Of a stretch of DNA of 64,000 nt, positions 50,812 to 59,528 are shown piece after piece. The stretch is from an uncultured Anaerovibrio sp. (GTDB lineage: Bacteria > Bacillota > Negativicutes > Selenomonadales > Selenomonadaceae). The stretch spans positions 2,018 through 66,017 of the forward strand of contig CAKPYV010000005.1 in the NCBI GenBank assembly GCA_934203205.1, in the 5' to 3' direction. Position 1 is the stretch's first letter. Each line of letters begins with the position of its first letter. The notes under the pieces were generated by a model. The model saw only the letters and a list, made by a program, of their open reading frames with translations, was not told the origin of the DNA and made no database searches. A program made the translations under genes and the position numbers.

Positions 50812-51603
50812 TTAGGAAATAAACTTCAACTGCTTCAGCTTACCAAAGAGCTTATCTGCCATTTCCTGACCGTTGCCCTCCCAGGTCTCCTGTTCCTTGT
50901 CAGAAACTGGTGGGAAGATACGCTGAACCTGAGTTGGAGAACCAGAAAGTCCATAATGCTTCTTCTCCTGATCATCCATATCCTTGAAGCTATATACAGC
51001 AATCTCCTTTTTCTCGGTTGCCTTCTTCAGCTTGTAGGATGGAAGTCTAGGCTGGTTGATATCCTTCTTGACGGTAATAAGGCATGGGAACTGAACTTTC
51101 AGCTGCTCAAACTCATTGGCCATCTCCATATCAACATAAATATTATTGTCCTCTACCTTGTCGATTTTGGCTACATTGCATACGCAAGGAATATCCAGTA
51201 CCTCAGAAATCTCTGGGCCAACCTGAGCGGTATCACCATCTGTAGTCTGAAGACCGCAGATAATCACATCAAATTTGCCCATTTTCTTGATACCCTGTGC
51301 CAAAGTATAGCTGGTAGCCAATACATCGGCACCGCCAAAAGCTCTATCAGACAGGAGCGTACCATCATCAGCTCCCATAGCAAAAGCCTCTTTGATTACG
51401 GCAGTGGCTGGTGGAGGCCCCATGGTAATAACGCTTACCCGGCCACCATATTGCTCCTTCAGTTTCATACCACATTCCAGTGCATAGAGATCATAAGGAT
51501 TCATCTTGCTATCAGCACCATTGCGCTTCAGTACACCAGTAACAGGGTCAACTTCAACTTTATTGGAGCCTGGAACCTGCTTGATACAAACCAAAATTTC
51601 CAT
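50812..51603 (-). CDS. etfB: Electron transfer flavoprotein beta subunit
   Basis: MEILVCIKQVPG start and EtfB length and pattern. Confidence 0.9.
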   Translation of the reverse strand: MEILVCIKQVPGSNKVEVDPVTGVLKRNGADSKMNPYDLYALECGMKLKEQYGGRVSVITMGPPPATAVIKEAFAMGADDGTLLSDRAFGGADVLATSYTLAQGIKKMGKFDVIICGLQTTDGDTAQVGPEISEVLDIPCVCNVAKIDKVEDNNIYVDMEMANEFEQLKVQFPCLITVKKDINQPRLPSYKLKKATEKKEIAVYSFKDMDDQEKKHYGLSGSPTQVQRIFPPVSDKEQETWEGNGQEMADKLFGKLKQLKFIS

Positions 51604-51654
51604 ACTAACTTTCCCCCAATAGCATCGCTCTTTTTAACACTTCTTCTATTCAAT

Positions 51655-51708
51655 GCCATCAGCTGCTCCCCTTAGGCAGCATATTAGCGTCAAAATGCAG
51701 CTGATGGC
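51655..51708 (-). promoter_or_regulatory. Intercistronic 12-bp stem-loop between the lut and etf modules
   Basis: GCCATCAGCTGC (51655-51666) / GCAGCTGATGGC (51697-51708), 30-nt loop, and no T run on the coding (minus) strand. Confidence 0.5.
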
Positions 51709-51729
51709 CCATTTGAATCAAAATTTCAC

Positions 51730-53898
51730 TTACAGTTTTTCTGCCAGCACATCGGCGATATGCTTGGTCTGAATACCAGTCTCTGCCTTATCAAGACCAC
51801 CGCCAATCTGCATCATGCAGGCAGGGCAGGCTACAACAGCAGTAGTAGCACCAGTATCCTTAATATTCTTAACCTTCTCATTCAGCATAGGAATGGAAAC
51901 TTCCTGATACTTCATACCAAAGGAACCAGCCATACCACAGCACTTGTCGCAATTGTGCATCTCTACCAGCTCAACGCCAGGAGTTGCATCAATCAAGGCT
52001 CTAGGCTCCTCGAAGATCCCCAAGCCACGCTTCATATGACAGGAATCATGGTAGGTAACCTTCTCGCCACCCTTGGCATGAACCAGACGACCAGTCTTCT
52101 TGTACTCCTCAGCCACAAAGCTGGAGAACTCCCGTACCTTGCTGCAGAAAGCTGCTGCTCTGGACTTCCACTCAGGATCATTCTCAAAGAGCTTCATGTA
52201 AGTCTCATGGAGCGTTTCAGTACAGGTTGGGCAAGCAGAAATAATAACATCCGGCTTTACCTTCTCAAAGGCAGCAATGTTCTTCTTAGCAGTTTCCTTA
52301 CCAGCCTCTCTATCGCCGATACCCAGAATTGGCTTGCCGCAGCAGGCCTGCTCCATTGGATAAACAACCTCCATATCCAAGCTCTGCAATACCTTTACCA
52401 CGTTCTCAGAGGTATCGGCAAAAACAAAGTCCATATTACAGCCACTGAAATATGCAACTCTCTTCTTTGGCTTGGATGGGTTCTTCTTGCTCAGACGCTC
52501 CACTCTATCACGGAAGGATTCATCTGCGATAGTTGGCAGGCTGCGCCCTTTAGTTAATTCTTCCATAAAGAGAGGCAGATGACGGATAAACTTGCCCTTC
52601 TTAAATGGTGCAGAGCCGATGGAACCAGCTTTCAACAGCAACTTGTGGAACATACCACGATCATTCAGCACCATATTAAACATGGTCTTATCCATGCCTG
52701 GAGCACCATATTTCTTAACGTAACGGGCTCTCAGCTCATCAATCAAGTCTGGAATAGGAATCTTGCCTGGACAAATGCTGGCACACTTACGGCAGCCGAT
52801 ACACAAATCACTGAACTGATGGAAAGTCTCTACACCGTTGAAGAGACCAGTCAGAATAGCACCAATACCACCAGAGTAGATATGGCCATAAACATGACCG
52901 CCTACCAAAGTCCAAATTGGGCATACATTCAGACAGGAAGCACAGCGAACGCACTGGAAAGCCTGCTGCAATACAGGATCCTTAGCAGCCTCCAAACGAC
53001 CATTATCCAGCAGAATTACATACTGCTTGCGGTCGGTCTCCACATGCCTGCCATTTTCATCTTTATAAATAACCTTGGTAGGACCATCCACCATGGTCAT
53101 ATAGCTGGTCATCCGCTGGCAGGTGCCATTTCTAGGCAGGAGTCGCAGAATGCTGGCTGCATCCTCAGTCTTAGGAATCAGCTTTTCATAACCAATCAGT
53201 ACTACATGGATTCTTGGCAAAGTAGTTACCAGACGAGCATTACCCTCATTGGTTACCAAACCAATAGCTCCATTCTCCGCAATACCAAAGTTGGCACCAG
53301 TTACACCCATATCAGCCTGCAGGAACTCTTGACGGAGAGTCTTTCTGGCCAGCTGAATCATATTAGGAATATCCTCGCCAGGAACCTCATGATCTACTTC
53401 CTTCTCAAACATCTTGGCGCACTGATAACGGTTCAAATGGATGGCTGGCATAACCATGTGAGAAGGCTTTTGACCTGCTAAAGCAATCATCCACTCGCCC
53501 AAATCTGTTTCCTTAACCCGAATACCATTATCAACAAAACATTCATTCATATGAATTTCTTCGGAAGCCATGGATTTGGATTTTACTACACGTTTTACAT
53601 TGTTTGCCTTGCAGATATCAATGAGGATTTTCTTTACCTCATCACCGTCCTTGGCACGATAAACCTTGGTGCCACGCTTTTCCAAACTAGCCTGAAATTC
53701 ATCTGCCAGTTCATCAATATGCTGCACAGCATCATGCTTCATTTTCCGGAGATTCTCACGGAGTCCTTCAATATCCTGATCTTTGTAAGCATTCAGACGA
53801 GAGCCTGGATACTGCTCAGCAAACTTGGAGAGAGCACCCTGCATAATATCATCCTGAAGCTTTTCCTGTATTTCTTTTTTCAGATTTCTTTCTGCCAT
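51730..53898 (-). CDS. Fused LutB-LutA lactate utilization protein (LUD domain + 2x[4Fe-4S] + two CCG cysteine-rich domains)
   Basis: LutB-like segments: VKSKSMASEEI, ETDLGEW, PSHMVMPAIH, LVTNEGNARL, CVRCASCLNVCP, CIGCRKCASICP. These are followed by a LutA-like half (FSGCNMD..CCGKP, YHDSCHM..CCGMAGSFG). Confidence 0.85.
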   Translation of the reverse strand: MAERNLKKEIQEKLQDDIMQGALSKFAEQYPGSRLNAYKDQDIEGLRENLRKMKHDAVQHIDELADEFQASLEKRGTKVYRAKDGDEVKKILIDICKANNVKRVVKSKSMASEEIHMNECFVDNGIRVKETDLGEWMIALAGQKPSHMVMPAIHLNRYQCAKMFEKEVDHEVPGEDIPNMIQLARKTLRQEFLQADMGVTGANFGIAENGAIGLVTNEGNARLVTTLPRIHVVLIGYEKLIPKTEDAASILRLLPRNGTCQRMTSYMTMVDGPTKVIYKDENGRHVETDRKQYVILLDNGRLEAAKDPVLQQAFQCVRCASCLNVCPIWTLVGGHVYGHIYSGGIGAILTGLFNGVETFHQFSDLCIGCRKCASICPGKIPIPDLIDELRARYVKKYGAPGMDKTMFNMVLNDRGMFHKLLLKAGSIGSAPFKKGKFIRHLPLFMEELTKGRSLPTIADESFRDRVERLSKKNPSKPKKRVAYFSGCNMDFVFADTSENVVKVLQSLDMEVVYPMEQACCGKPILGIGDREAGKETAKKNIAAFEKVKPDVIISACPTCTETLHETYMKLFENDPEWKSRAAAFCSKVREFSSFVAEEYKKTGRLVHAKGGEKVTYHDSCHMKRGLGIFEEPRALIDATPGVELVEMHNCDKCCGMAGSFGMKYQEVSIPMLNEKVKNIKDTGATTAVVACPACMMQIGGGLDKAETGIQTKHIADVLAEKL

Positions 53899-53900
53899 GA

Positions 53901-54515
53901 TTATCTCCCTCCCTCAAAGTTTTCTACAGCAATAATCAACAGCTTGTTAGGACCATGTACACCCAGACTGAGGACACGCTCAATATCTGCAGTACGGCTT
54001 GGGCCGGTAACAAAGCCAAGATAGCCCTTATCAAAAACCTTGGCGATAATCTGACAGGCAACAGTTACATCCTTAACAACATAATTCGCATTGACGAAAA
54101 CGATATTTACAAAAGGAAGCATGCTGGTAACACGAGCCTCATAGGAATAATTGTCTACACAAAGACTTCCTGTTTCAGCCACACAGAACTCAGCAGTGGA
54201 AATACCAACATCAGCAGAATCCCTATGATCATAAATATCAAATTTATCCGTATAGACATCCACCCCTGGACCAGCGATTCGCTCATAAATCCCTTTCAGG
54301 GCAGGATTCTCATCTCCACCTACAGCAAGGATTTCCTTTGGTGCATACTGAGCCAGCAGTTCCTTCAGCTTGACTTCGCCAGCAGCAAAGTCTTTTACCT
54401 TATAAACCTCTGCAGCAGCAGTCTGGGCATTGGTTGCAAACTCATCCCAGTACTTGGCATTTACAAGACCTTCCCCAAAGGCCTGCTTTGCCCAATCACG
54501 GCAAACCTTTTCCAT
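53901..54515 (-). CDS. lutC: LutC-like LUD-domain lactate utilization protein
   Basis: About 200-aa LUD/DUF162 protein whose stop is 2 nt from the lutB-lutA start. Confidence 0.75.
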   Translation of the reverse strand: MEKVCRDWAKQAFGEGLVNAKYWDEFATNAQTAAAEVYKVKDFAAGEVKLKELLAQYAPKEILAVGGDENPALKGIYERIAGPGVDVYTDKFDIYDHRDSADVGISTAEFCVAETGSLCVDNYSYEARVTSMLPFVNIVFVNANYVVKDVTVACQIIAKVFDKGYLGFVTGPSRTADIERVLSLGVHGPNKLLIIAVENFEGGR

Positions 54516-54710
54516 ATAAAACTCTCCTTTTACTCACACATTTCGATTGCCTACATTAACAGCCTTGCTCAAGGGCCTACACACCAGTTACAGGTCAACC
54601 TCTGCCAAACTGTTAGTGATTCATGGTCCAGTACAATAACTGCAAAGCAGTAAAAACTGTACTCCTTCCATATTGCAATCTACGTTGACATTGTTTCATC
54701 AAATTTTTCT

Positions 54711-54969
54711 ACAAATTTGAGTCCTGCTAAAGACAATTTGTATAATTTGTACAATGAATTTTTTATACATCTATTAAATCATACACGATGAAATTTGTCA
54801 ATAATAAAGATAAATAATTCAACAAAATTGTATTTTTCCCTATTGTTTATCCTGTTTAATTTAAAAATTTATTTTTTTATTTTTTTCTTGCAGTATTTCA
54901 AATTGTTTTGTACAATAGAAGTACCTGCTAAAGATTTTGACAAATTCTATATTGTTAGACAAATTTGTC
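54711..54969. promoter_or_regulatory. Divergent control region with recurring AAATTTGT and TTGTACAA motifs
   Basis: GACAAATTTGTC palindrome at 54958-54969. AAATTTGTCA at 54791-54800. ACAAATTTGA at 54711-54720. TTGTACAAT at 54747 and 54908. CCTGCTAAAGA at 54723 and 54924. Confidence 0.5.
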
Positions 54970-55017
54970 AAAAACGGTATTATACATTTGTTCAATGATT
55001 GAAAGAGGGTTGTTACT

Positions 55018-55743
55018 ATGGCGTTGGTAAAGGGTAAGACATTAGTCGAGCAGACTACAGAAAGAATCATTGAATATATTACGGCAAATAAAATGCAACC
55101 TGGACAGCAGCTGCCTACAGAGGCGGAATTTACCACAGTATTAAAGGTAAGCCGAGGCACACTGCGAGATGCCTTCAAGGTGCTTATTGCTCGTAATATA
55201 TTAGAAGCTCGTCAGGGCTCTGGTACCTTTATCGCCCAGAATATGGGTATACCCGATGATCCTCTGGGACTGACTTTTATTTATGATGACAAGCTGCTGG
55301 CAGTTGATATGCTGGATGTACGCATGATGCTGGAGCCTTCCATTGCTGCTCTAGCCGCAATTCACGCTACACCGGAGCAAAAGGAAAAGATGCAGGAACT
55401 CACTGATTCTCTCAGACAGTGTATCGAAAAAGGAGATTCCTACGCTGAGGAGGATGGTAACTTCCACACTTTGATTGCTGAGGCCAGTGGCAACCGCGTC
55501 ATAAGCAATCTGACTCATATTCTATTTACTTCTATATACAAAAATATCGCCTTGACCATGAATGTGCAAAAGAAAAGCAATACGCTGCACTATCACGAAA
55601 AAATCCTTCAGGCCATTATTGATGGAGATTCCAATCTAGCCAAGATGTATATGTACATGCATCTCAGCCTCCTAAAGGATTTCATGGTGCAAAAATCAAG
55701 TACCGAAAATGATATTGCCGTAAAAGACGAGGCCACAGCCTAG
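55018..55743 (+). CDS. GntR-family (FadR/FCD subfamily) regulator, LldR/PdhR-like
   Basis: N-terminal wHTH (LPTEAEFTTVLKVSRGTLRDAFKVL) and FCD-type helical C-terminal domain. Diverges from the lactate operon and precedes the lactate permease. Confidence 0.8.
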   Translation: MALVKGKTLVEQTTERIIEYITANKMQPGQQLPTEAEFTTVLKVSRGTLRDAFKVLIARNILEARQGSGTFIAQNMGIPDDPLGLTFIYDDKLLAVDMLDVRMMLEPSIAALAAIHATPEQKEKMQELTDSLRQCIEKGDSYAEEDGNFHTLIAEASGNRVISNLTHILFTSIYKNIALTMNVQKKSNTLHYHEKILQAIIDGDSNLAKMYMYMHLSLLKDFMVQKSSTENDIAVKDEATA

Positions 55744-55842
55744 GTCAATTGATTTGATATTTTTGTATAAAGCTGACCAGCAATGGGTCAGATATCAATC
55801 CTGTGTATGTGTTTATAATGTGAATGAAATGTTAGGAGATGA

Positions 55843-57480
55843 ATGTTTATGTTGGCTATAATAGCTGCCGTTCCAATTATTCTCACCATTATCCTCACCG
55901 TAGGCTTTAACGTTCCAGCCAAAAAGGTTCTGCCTATTTCCTGGGCTGTTTGTGCTCTTATTGGACTCACTTATTGGGGTATGGACATCGGCCATATTGC
56001 CGCCTATACCATTACCGGATTCCTTGGTTCCATTGATACTCTGTTAATTATCTTCGGTGCTATTCTTCTGATGAATATGCTGAATGAGGCTGGTGCCATG
56101 CGCCGTATTGAGGCCATGTTCAACGGTATCACCGAAGATTCCCGTATTCAGATCGTCATCGTAGGCTTTGCTTTTTCAGCATTTATCGAGGGTGCTGCTG
56201 GCTTCGGTACTCCTCCAGCTATCTGTGCTCCTCTGCTGATTGGCTTGGGGGCACCTCCAATGGCAGCAGCTATTGCCTGTCTGCTTTTGGACTCCACTCC
56301 TGTATCCTTCGGTGCTGCCGGTACACCTACCAATGCTGCTGCTGAGGTTCTAAAGGATACTCTGCCAGCTCTCGGAGTTACTGACCTTGACCTGTGGAAG
56401 CAGGATCTGTCCTTTGTTTCTGCTCTGGGTTTGGCTGTTGGTGCCTTCGTTATTATCTGGCTGGTTATCGGTATTGTTACCAAACAGTACGGCAAGAACA
56501 AGTCTTTCTCTGATGTATTCCCTGTTATTCCTTTCTGCTTGTTCACCGCTGCTGTATTCTCTGTATTCTACCTGGCCTTTGCCAAGTTCGTTGGTGCTGA
56601 GCTGACCTCCTTGGCTGCAGCTGCCGTAACCATCTTCGTAACCATCGGTGCTGCTAAATCTGGCTTCCTGATGCCAAAAACCATCTGGCGTTTCCCTGGC
56701 TCTGAGGTAAAGACCAAATCCTCTGGTGGCCAGTCCACAACTCACTCCATGTCCCTGCTGAAGGCTTGGACTCCATACCTGCTGGTTACCCTGTGGCTGG
56801 TAGCAACTCGTATTCCTCAGCTGGGCATCAAGCCTTATATGAGCGTACCTAAAATTGAAGTTACCAATATCATGGGTGTTGCAGGTGCTGATTTCACTCT
56901 GAAATGGCTGAACAACCCAGGTCTCTTCCCATTCATTCTGGTAGTGCTAATCGGCTTTGCTATGTTCAGCCTAAGCGGTGACCAGATTAAGACTGTAGTT
57001 TCCAAATCCTACAATCAGGTATTCGGTGCTACCATCGCCCTGCTCTTCGGCTTCGCTATGGTTTACCTGTTCCGTTATTCCAATGCCAATATCAACGGCT
57101 TTGATTCCATGCTGGTTTCCATGGCCAAGGGTATGGCTGATTTGGCCGGTGCTCACTACCTGTATGTAGCTCCATTGATTGGATCCATTGGTGCTTTCAT
57201 GTTTGGCTCCAACACCGTTTCCAACATTATGTTTACCCCATTGCAGTTTGAGACCGCTACCATTCTGAACCTGCCACATCTGGTTATTGTAGCTCTGCAG
57301 AACCAGGGCGGTGCCATTGGTAACATGGTCTGCATCAACAACATCGTAGCAACCTGTGCTACCACAGGTATGATGGGTGCAGAAGGAAAGCTGCTGCGAG
57401 CCGCAGTGCTGCCATGGCTAGCTTTCTATTTTATCTGTGTTATCGTTATGGTAGTGGCCATGAGTATGGGCATTGTGTAA
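55843..57480 (+). CDS. lctP: L-lactate permease (LctP family)
   Basis: 545-aa polytopic protein with the LctP-family pattern. The start could be 55843 or 55849. Confidence 0.88.
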   Translation: MFMLAIIAAVPIILTIILTVGFNVPAKKVLPISWAVCALIGLTYWGMDIGHIAAYTITGFLGSIDTLLIIFGAILLMNMLNEAGAMRRIEAMFNGITEDSRIQIVIVGFAFSAFIEGAAGFGTPPAICAPLLIGLGAPPMAAAIACLLLDSTPVSFGAAGTPTNAAAEVLKDTLPALGVTDLDLWKQDLSFVSALGLAVGAFVIIWLVIGIVTKQYGKNKSFSDVFPVIPFCLFTAAVFSVFYLAFAKFVGAELTSLAAAAVTIFVTIGAAKSGFLMPKTIWRFPGSEVKTKSSGGQSTTHSMSLLKAWTPYLLVTLWLVATRIPQLGIKPYMSVPKIEVTNIMGVAGADFTLKWLNNPGLFPFILVVLIGFAMFSLSGDQIKTVVSKSYNQVFGATIALLFGFAMVYLFRYSNANINGFDSMLVSMAKGMADLAGAHYLYVAPLIGSIGAFMFGSNTVSNIMFTPLQFETATILNLPHLVIVALQNQGGAIGNMVCINNIVATCATTGMMGAEGKLLRAAVLPWLAFYFICVIVMVVAMSMGIV

Positions 57481-57519
57481 CTGTCCCGTTTTTTCAATCC
57501 AACAAAAGGAGGCATTATA

Positions 57520-58806
57520 TTGTTTGACGCTACCACTACTGCGGTAACTATCTTCTTAGTTGCCTATGCACTGATTATCTCGGAAAAGGTACATCGTACC
57601 ATCGTAGGTATCTTCGGAGCCATGCTTATGATTATGTTTGGCATTCTCTCTCAAGAGGTGGCCATTCATCACATTGACTTCAATACCCTTGGCCTGCTGA
57701 TGGGTATGATGATTATCGTAAATATCACTGCAGAAACCGGCTTGTTCAATTTCTTGGCCATCTGGGCTGCCCAGAAGGTAAAAGCACAGCCTATGAAGCT
57801 GCTGTTGGCTCTGTCTACCCTGACCGCAGTCTGCTCTGCCCTGCTGGACAATGTAACCACAGTGCTTTTGACTGTACCTGTAACCTTTAGTATCACTTCC
57901 CAGTTGAAGGTAGATGTAAAGCCCTTCCTGATGGCACAGATTTTGTCCTCAAACATTGGTGGTACCGCCACTCTAGTGGGTGACCCTCCAAATATTATGA
58001 TTGGCTCCGCTGTTGGCCTTAGCTTTATGGACTTTATCCTGAATCTGGCGGCTCCAGCAGCTGTTATCTTCGTAATAACCACCTTTATTCTGGAATTCCT
58101 CTATGGCAAAGGCCTTCATACCACTCCTGAGCTTCAGGCCAAGGTTATGAGCCTCAAGCCTGCCAAGCAGATTACTGATCCTGCTCTTTTGAAGCGTTGT
58201 CTCTTCGTTTTGGTCCTCACCATGAGCCTGTTTGTAGCTCACGGTGCTTTGGGTCTGGAGTCTGCCACTGCCGCCATGTTTGGCGCTGGTCTCCTGCTGC
58301 TGTTGACCTTTACTAGAGACGAAGAAAAGATTGCCAAGGTTCTGAGCAAAATCGAATGGCTAGCTATTTTCTTCTTTGCTGGTCTGTTCATTCTGGTTGG
58401 TGCCCTGGTAGAAACCGGTGTTATCAAGATGCTGGCTGCTGAAGCTATGGCCATTACTCAGGGCTCTGTAGAGTCTACTGCCATCCTGATTCTCTGGATG
58501 AGTGCTATTGCTTCTGCCTTTGTAGACAATATTCCATTCGTAGCTACCATGATTCCTTTGATTAAGGATATGGGTGCTATGGGTATTACCAATCTGGATC
58601 CACTGTGGTGGTCTCTGGCTTTGGGCGCTTGCTTGGGTGGCAACGGTACCCTTATTGGTGCCAGCGCCAATGTAGTAGTGGCTTCTCTGGCAGCTCAGCA
58701 CGGACAGCAGATTTCCTTCCTGGGCTTTATGAAGGTGGCTTTCCCTTGCATGATTCTCTCAATTATCATTTCCACCGGTTATGTATATCTGAGATATCTA
58801 ATGTAA
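57520..58806 (+). CDS. ArsB/NhaD-superfamily anion permease (YbiR/SLC13-like)
   Basis: 428-aa polytopic protein with LDNVTTVLL and GGTATLVGDPPN motifs. TTG start, 8 nt after AAAGGAGG. Confidence 0.75.
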   Translation: MFDATTTAVTIFLVAYALIISEKVHRTIVGIFGAMLMIMFGILSQEVAIHHIDFNTLGLLMGMMIIVNITAETGLFNFLAIWAAQKVKAQPMKLLLALSTLTAVCSALLDNVTTVLLTVPVTFSITSQLKVDVKPFLMAQILSSNIGGTATLVGDPPNIMIGSAVGLSFMDFILNLAAPAAVIFVITTFILEFLYGKGLHTTPELQAKVMSLKPAKQITDPALLKRCLFVLVLTMSLFVAHGALGLESATAAMFGAGLLLLLTFTRDEEKIAKVLSKIEWLAIFFFAGLFILVGALVETGVIKMLAAEAMAITQGSVESTAILILWMSAIASAFVDNIPFVATMIPLIKDMGAMGITNLDPLWWSLALGACLGGNGTLIGASANVVVASLAAQHGQQISFLGFMKVAFPCMILSIIISTGYVYLRYLM

Positions 58807-58830
58807 TATGTAATTGACACCCCACATCCT

Positions 58831-58870
58831 GGCGGTTATAGCGGTTTGGCCGCTATAGCCGCCCTTTTTA
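58831..58870 (+). terminator. Terminator of the lldR-lctP-permease unit
   Basis: About 14-bp stem GGCGGTTATAGCGG / CCGCTATAGCCGCC followed by CTTTTTATT. Confidence 0.8.
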
Positions 58871-58945
58871 TTAGCACAATATCCCGCCACCTATTCTATA
58901 GAGCTTGGCTGCATCGTACACCTCATTATTTGCCACAAAAAAGCA

Positions 58946-58975
58946 CAAAAAAAACGGCCATCCATATGGACAGCC
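58946..58975 (-). terminator. Terminator of the 58-aa ORF
   Basis: On the minus strand, GGCTGTCCA / TGGATGGCC stem (two G-U pairs) followed by GTTTTTTTTG. Confidence 0.55.
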
Positions 58976-59029
58976 GCCTCTGCGGTATCTACAGAGAACA
59001 TCTCCTGTGGAAAATGTTAGGAATCAAAA

Positions 59030-59206
59030 TTACATGGCTATAATCAATGCGCCCATAGCCAGCATGCCAACCAGGCCTGCAACACGCATTTCCATAGCCT
59101 TAAAGGAGTAATCAGTGCCGCTTGCATCAAGCTTTGGCAAAGAATCAAAGAAGAATCCATCCTCTACCATACCATTAGTTGCAACAGGTCTATACATTGC
59201 TTTCAT
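59030..59206 (-). CDS. Small C-terminally membrane-anchored hypothetical protein (58 aa)
   Basis: ATG at 59206, 8 nt after AAGGTGG. Has its own terminator. C-terminal hydrophobic helix VAGLVGMLAMGALIIAM. Confidence 0.5.
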   Translation of the reverse strand: MKAMYRPVATNGMVEDGFFFDSLPKLDASGTDYSFKAMEMRVAGLVGMLAMGALIIAM

Positions 59207-59333
59207 TATAATGACCACCTTTCAATCTCTAGCTATTTCTCACCCAGCATCCTGCAGTCCGAAAATCAATCCTAAACCTCTGCAAAATGTCTTGAGTGTT
59301 ATTTGCTTTTTATTTCTGTCTATGGTTATATTA

Positions 59334-59366
59334 TAATAACCTTGAGATATATTTTCTAATAACCTT
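59334..59366. repeat. Direct repeat TAATAACCTT x2 in the araC / small-ORF divergent region
   Basis: Identical 10-mers at 59334-59343 and 59357-59366, 23 bp start to start. Confidence 0.6.
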
Positions 59367-59528
59367 ACGCCAGAAAATATCCTAAAAACGCCAATTTTTT
59401 TATTTTCTTCCATGAATTTTGCGCATTGTATACAGCAAGCGACAACAAGATAATTCTAACCAAACAAGTCTCCAATCATAACAAAATTTCACCATATTAT
59501 TTGGCTATTTTCCAAGGGAGGTAAAACC

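Noticed and set aside
54795-55178. 67-aa plus and 105-aa minus ORFs in the lactate control region
   Set aside because: Both are products of AT-rich intergenic sequence. The minus ORF is antisense to the start of the GntR regulator gene. Neither has an RBS or a plausible composition.
58846-59111. 65-aa and 68-aa plus-strand ORFs
   Set aside because: They overlap two terminators and are antisense to the better-supported 58-aa minus-strand ORF. Neither has an RBS.
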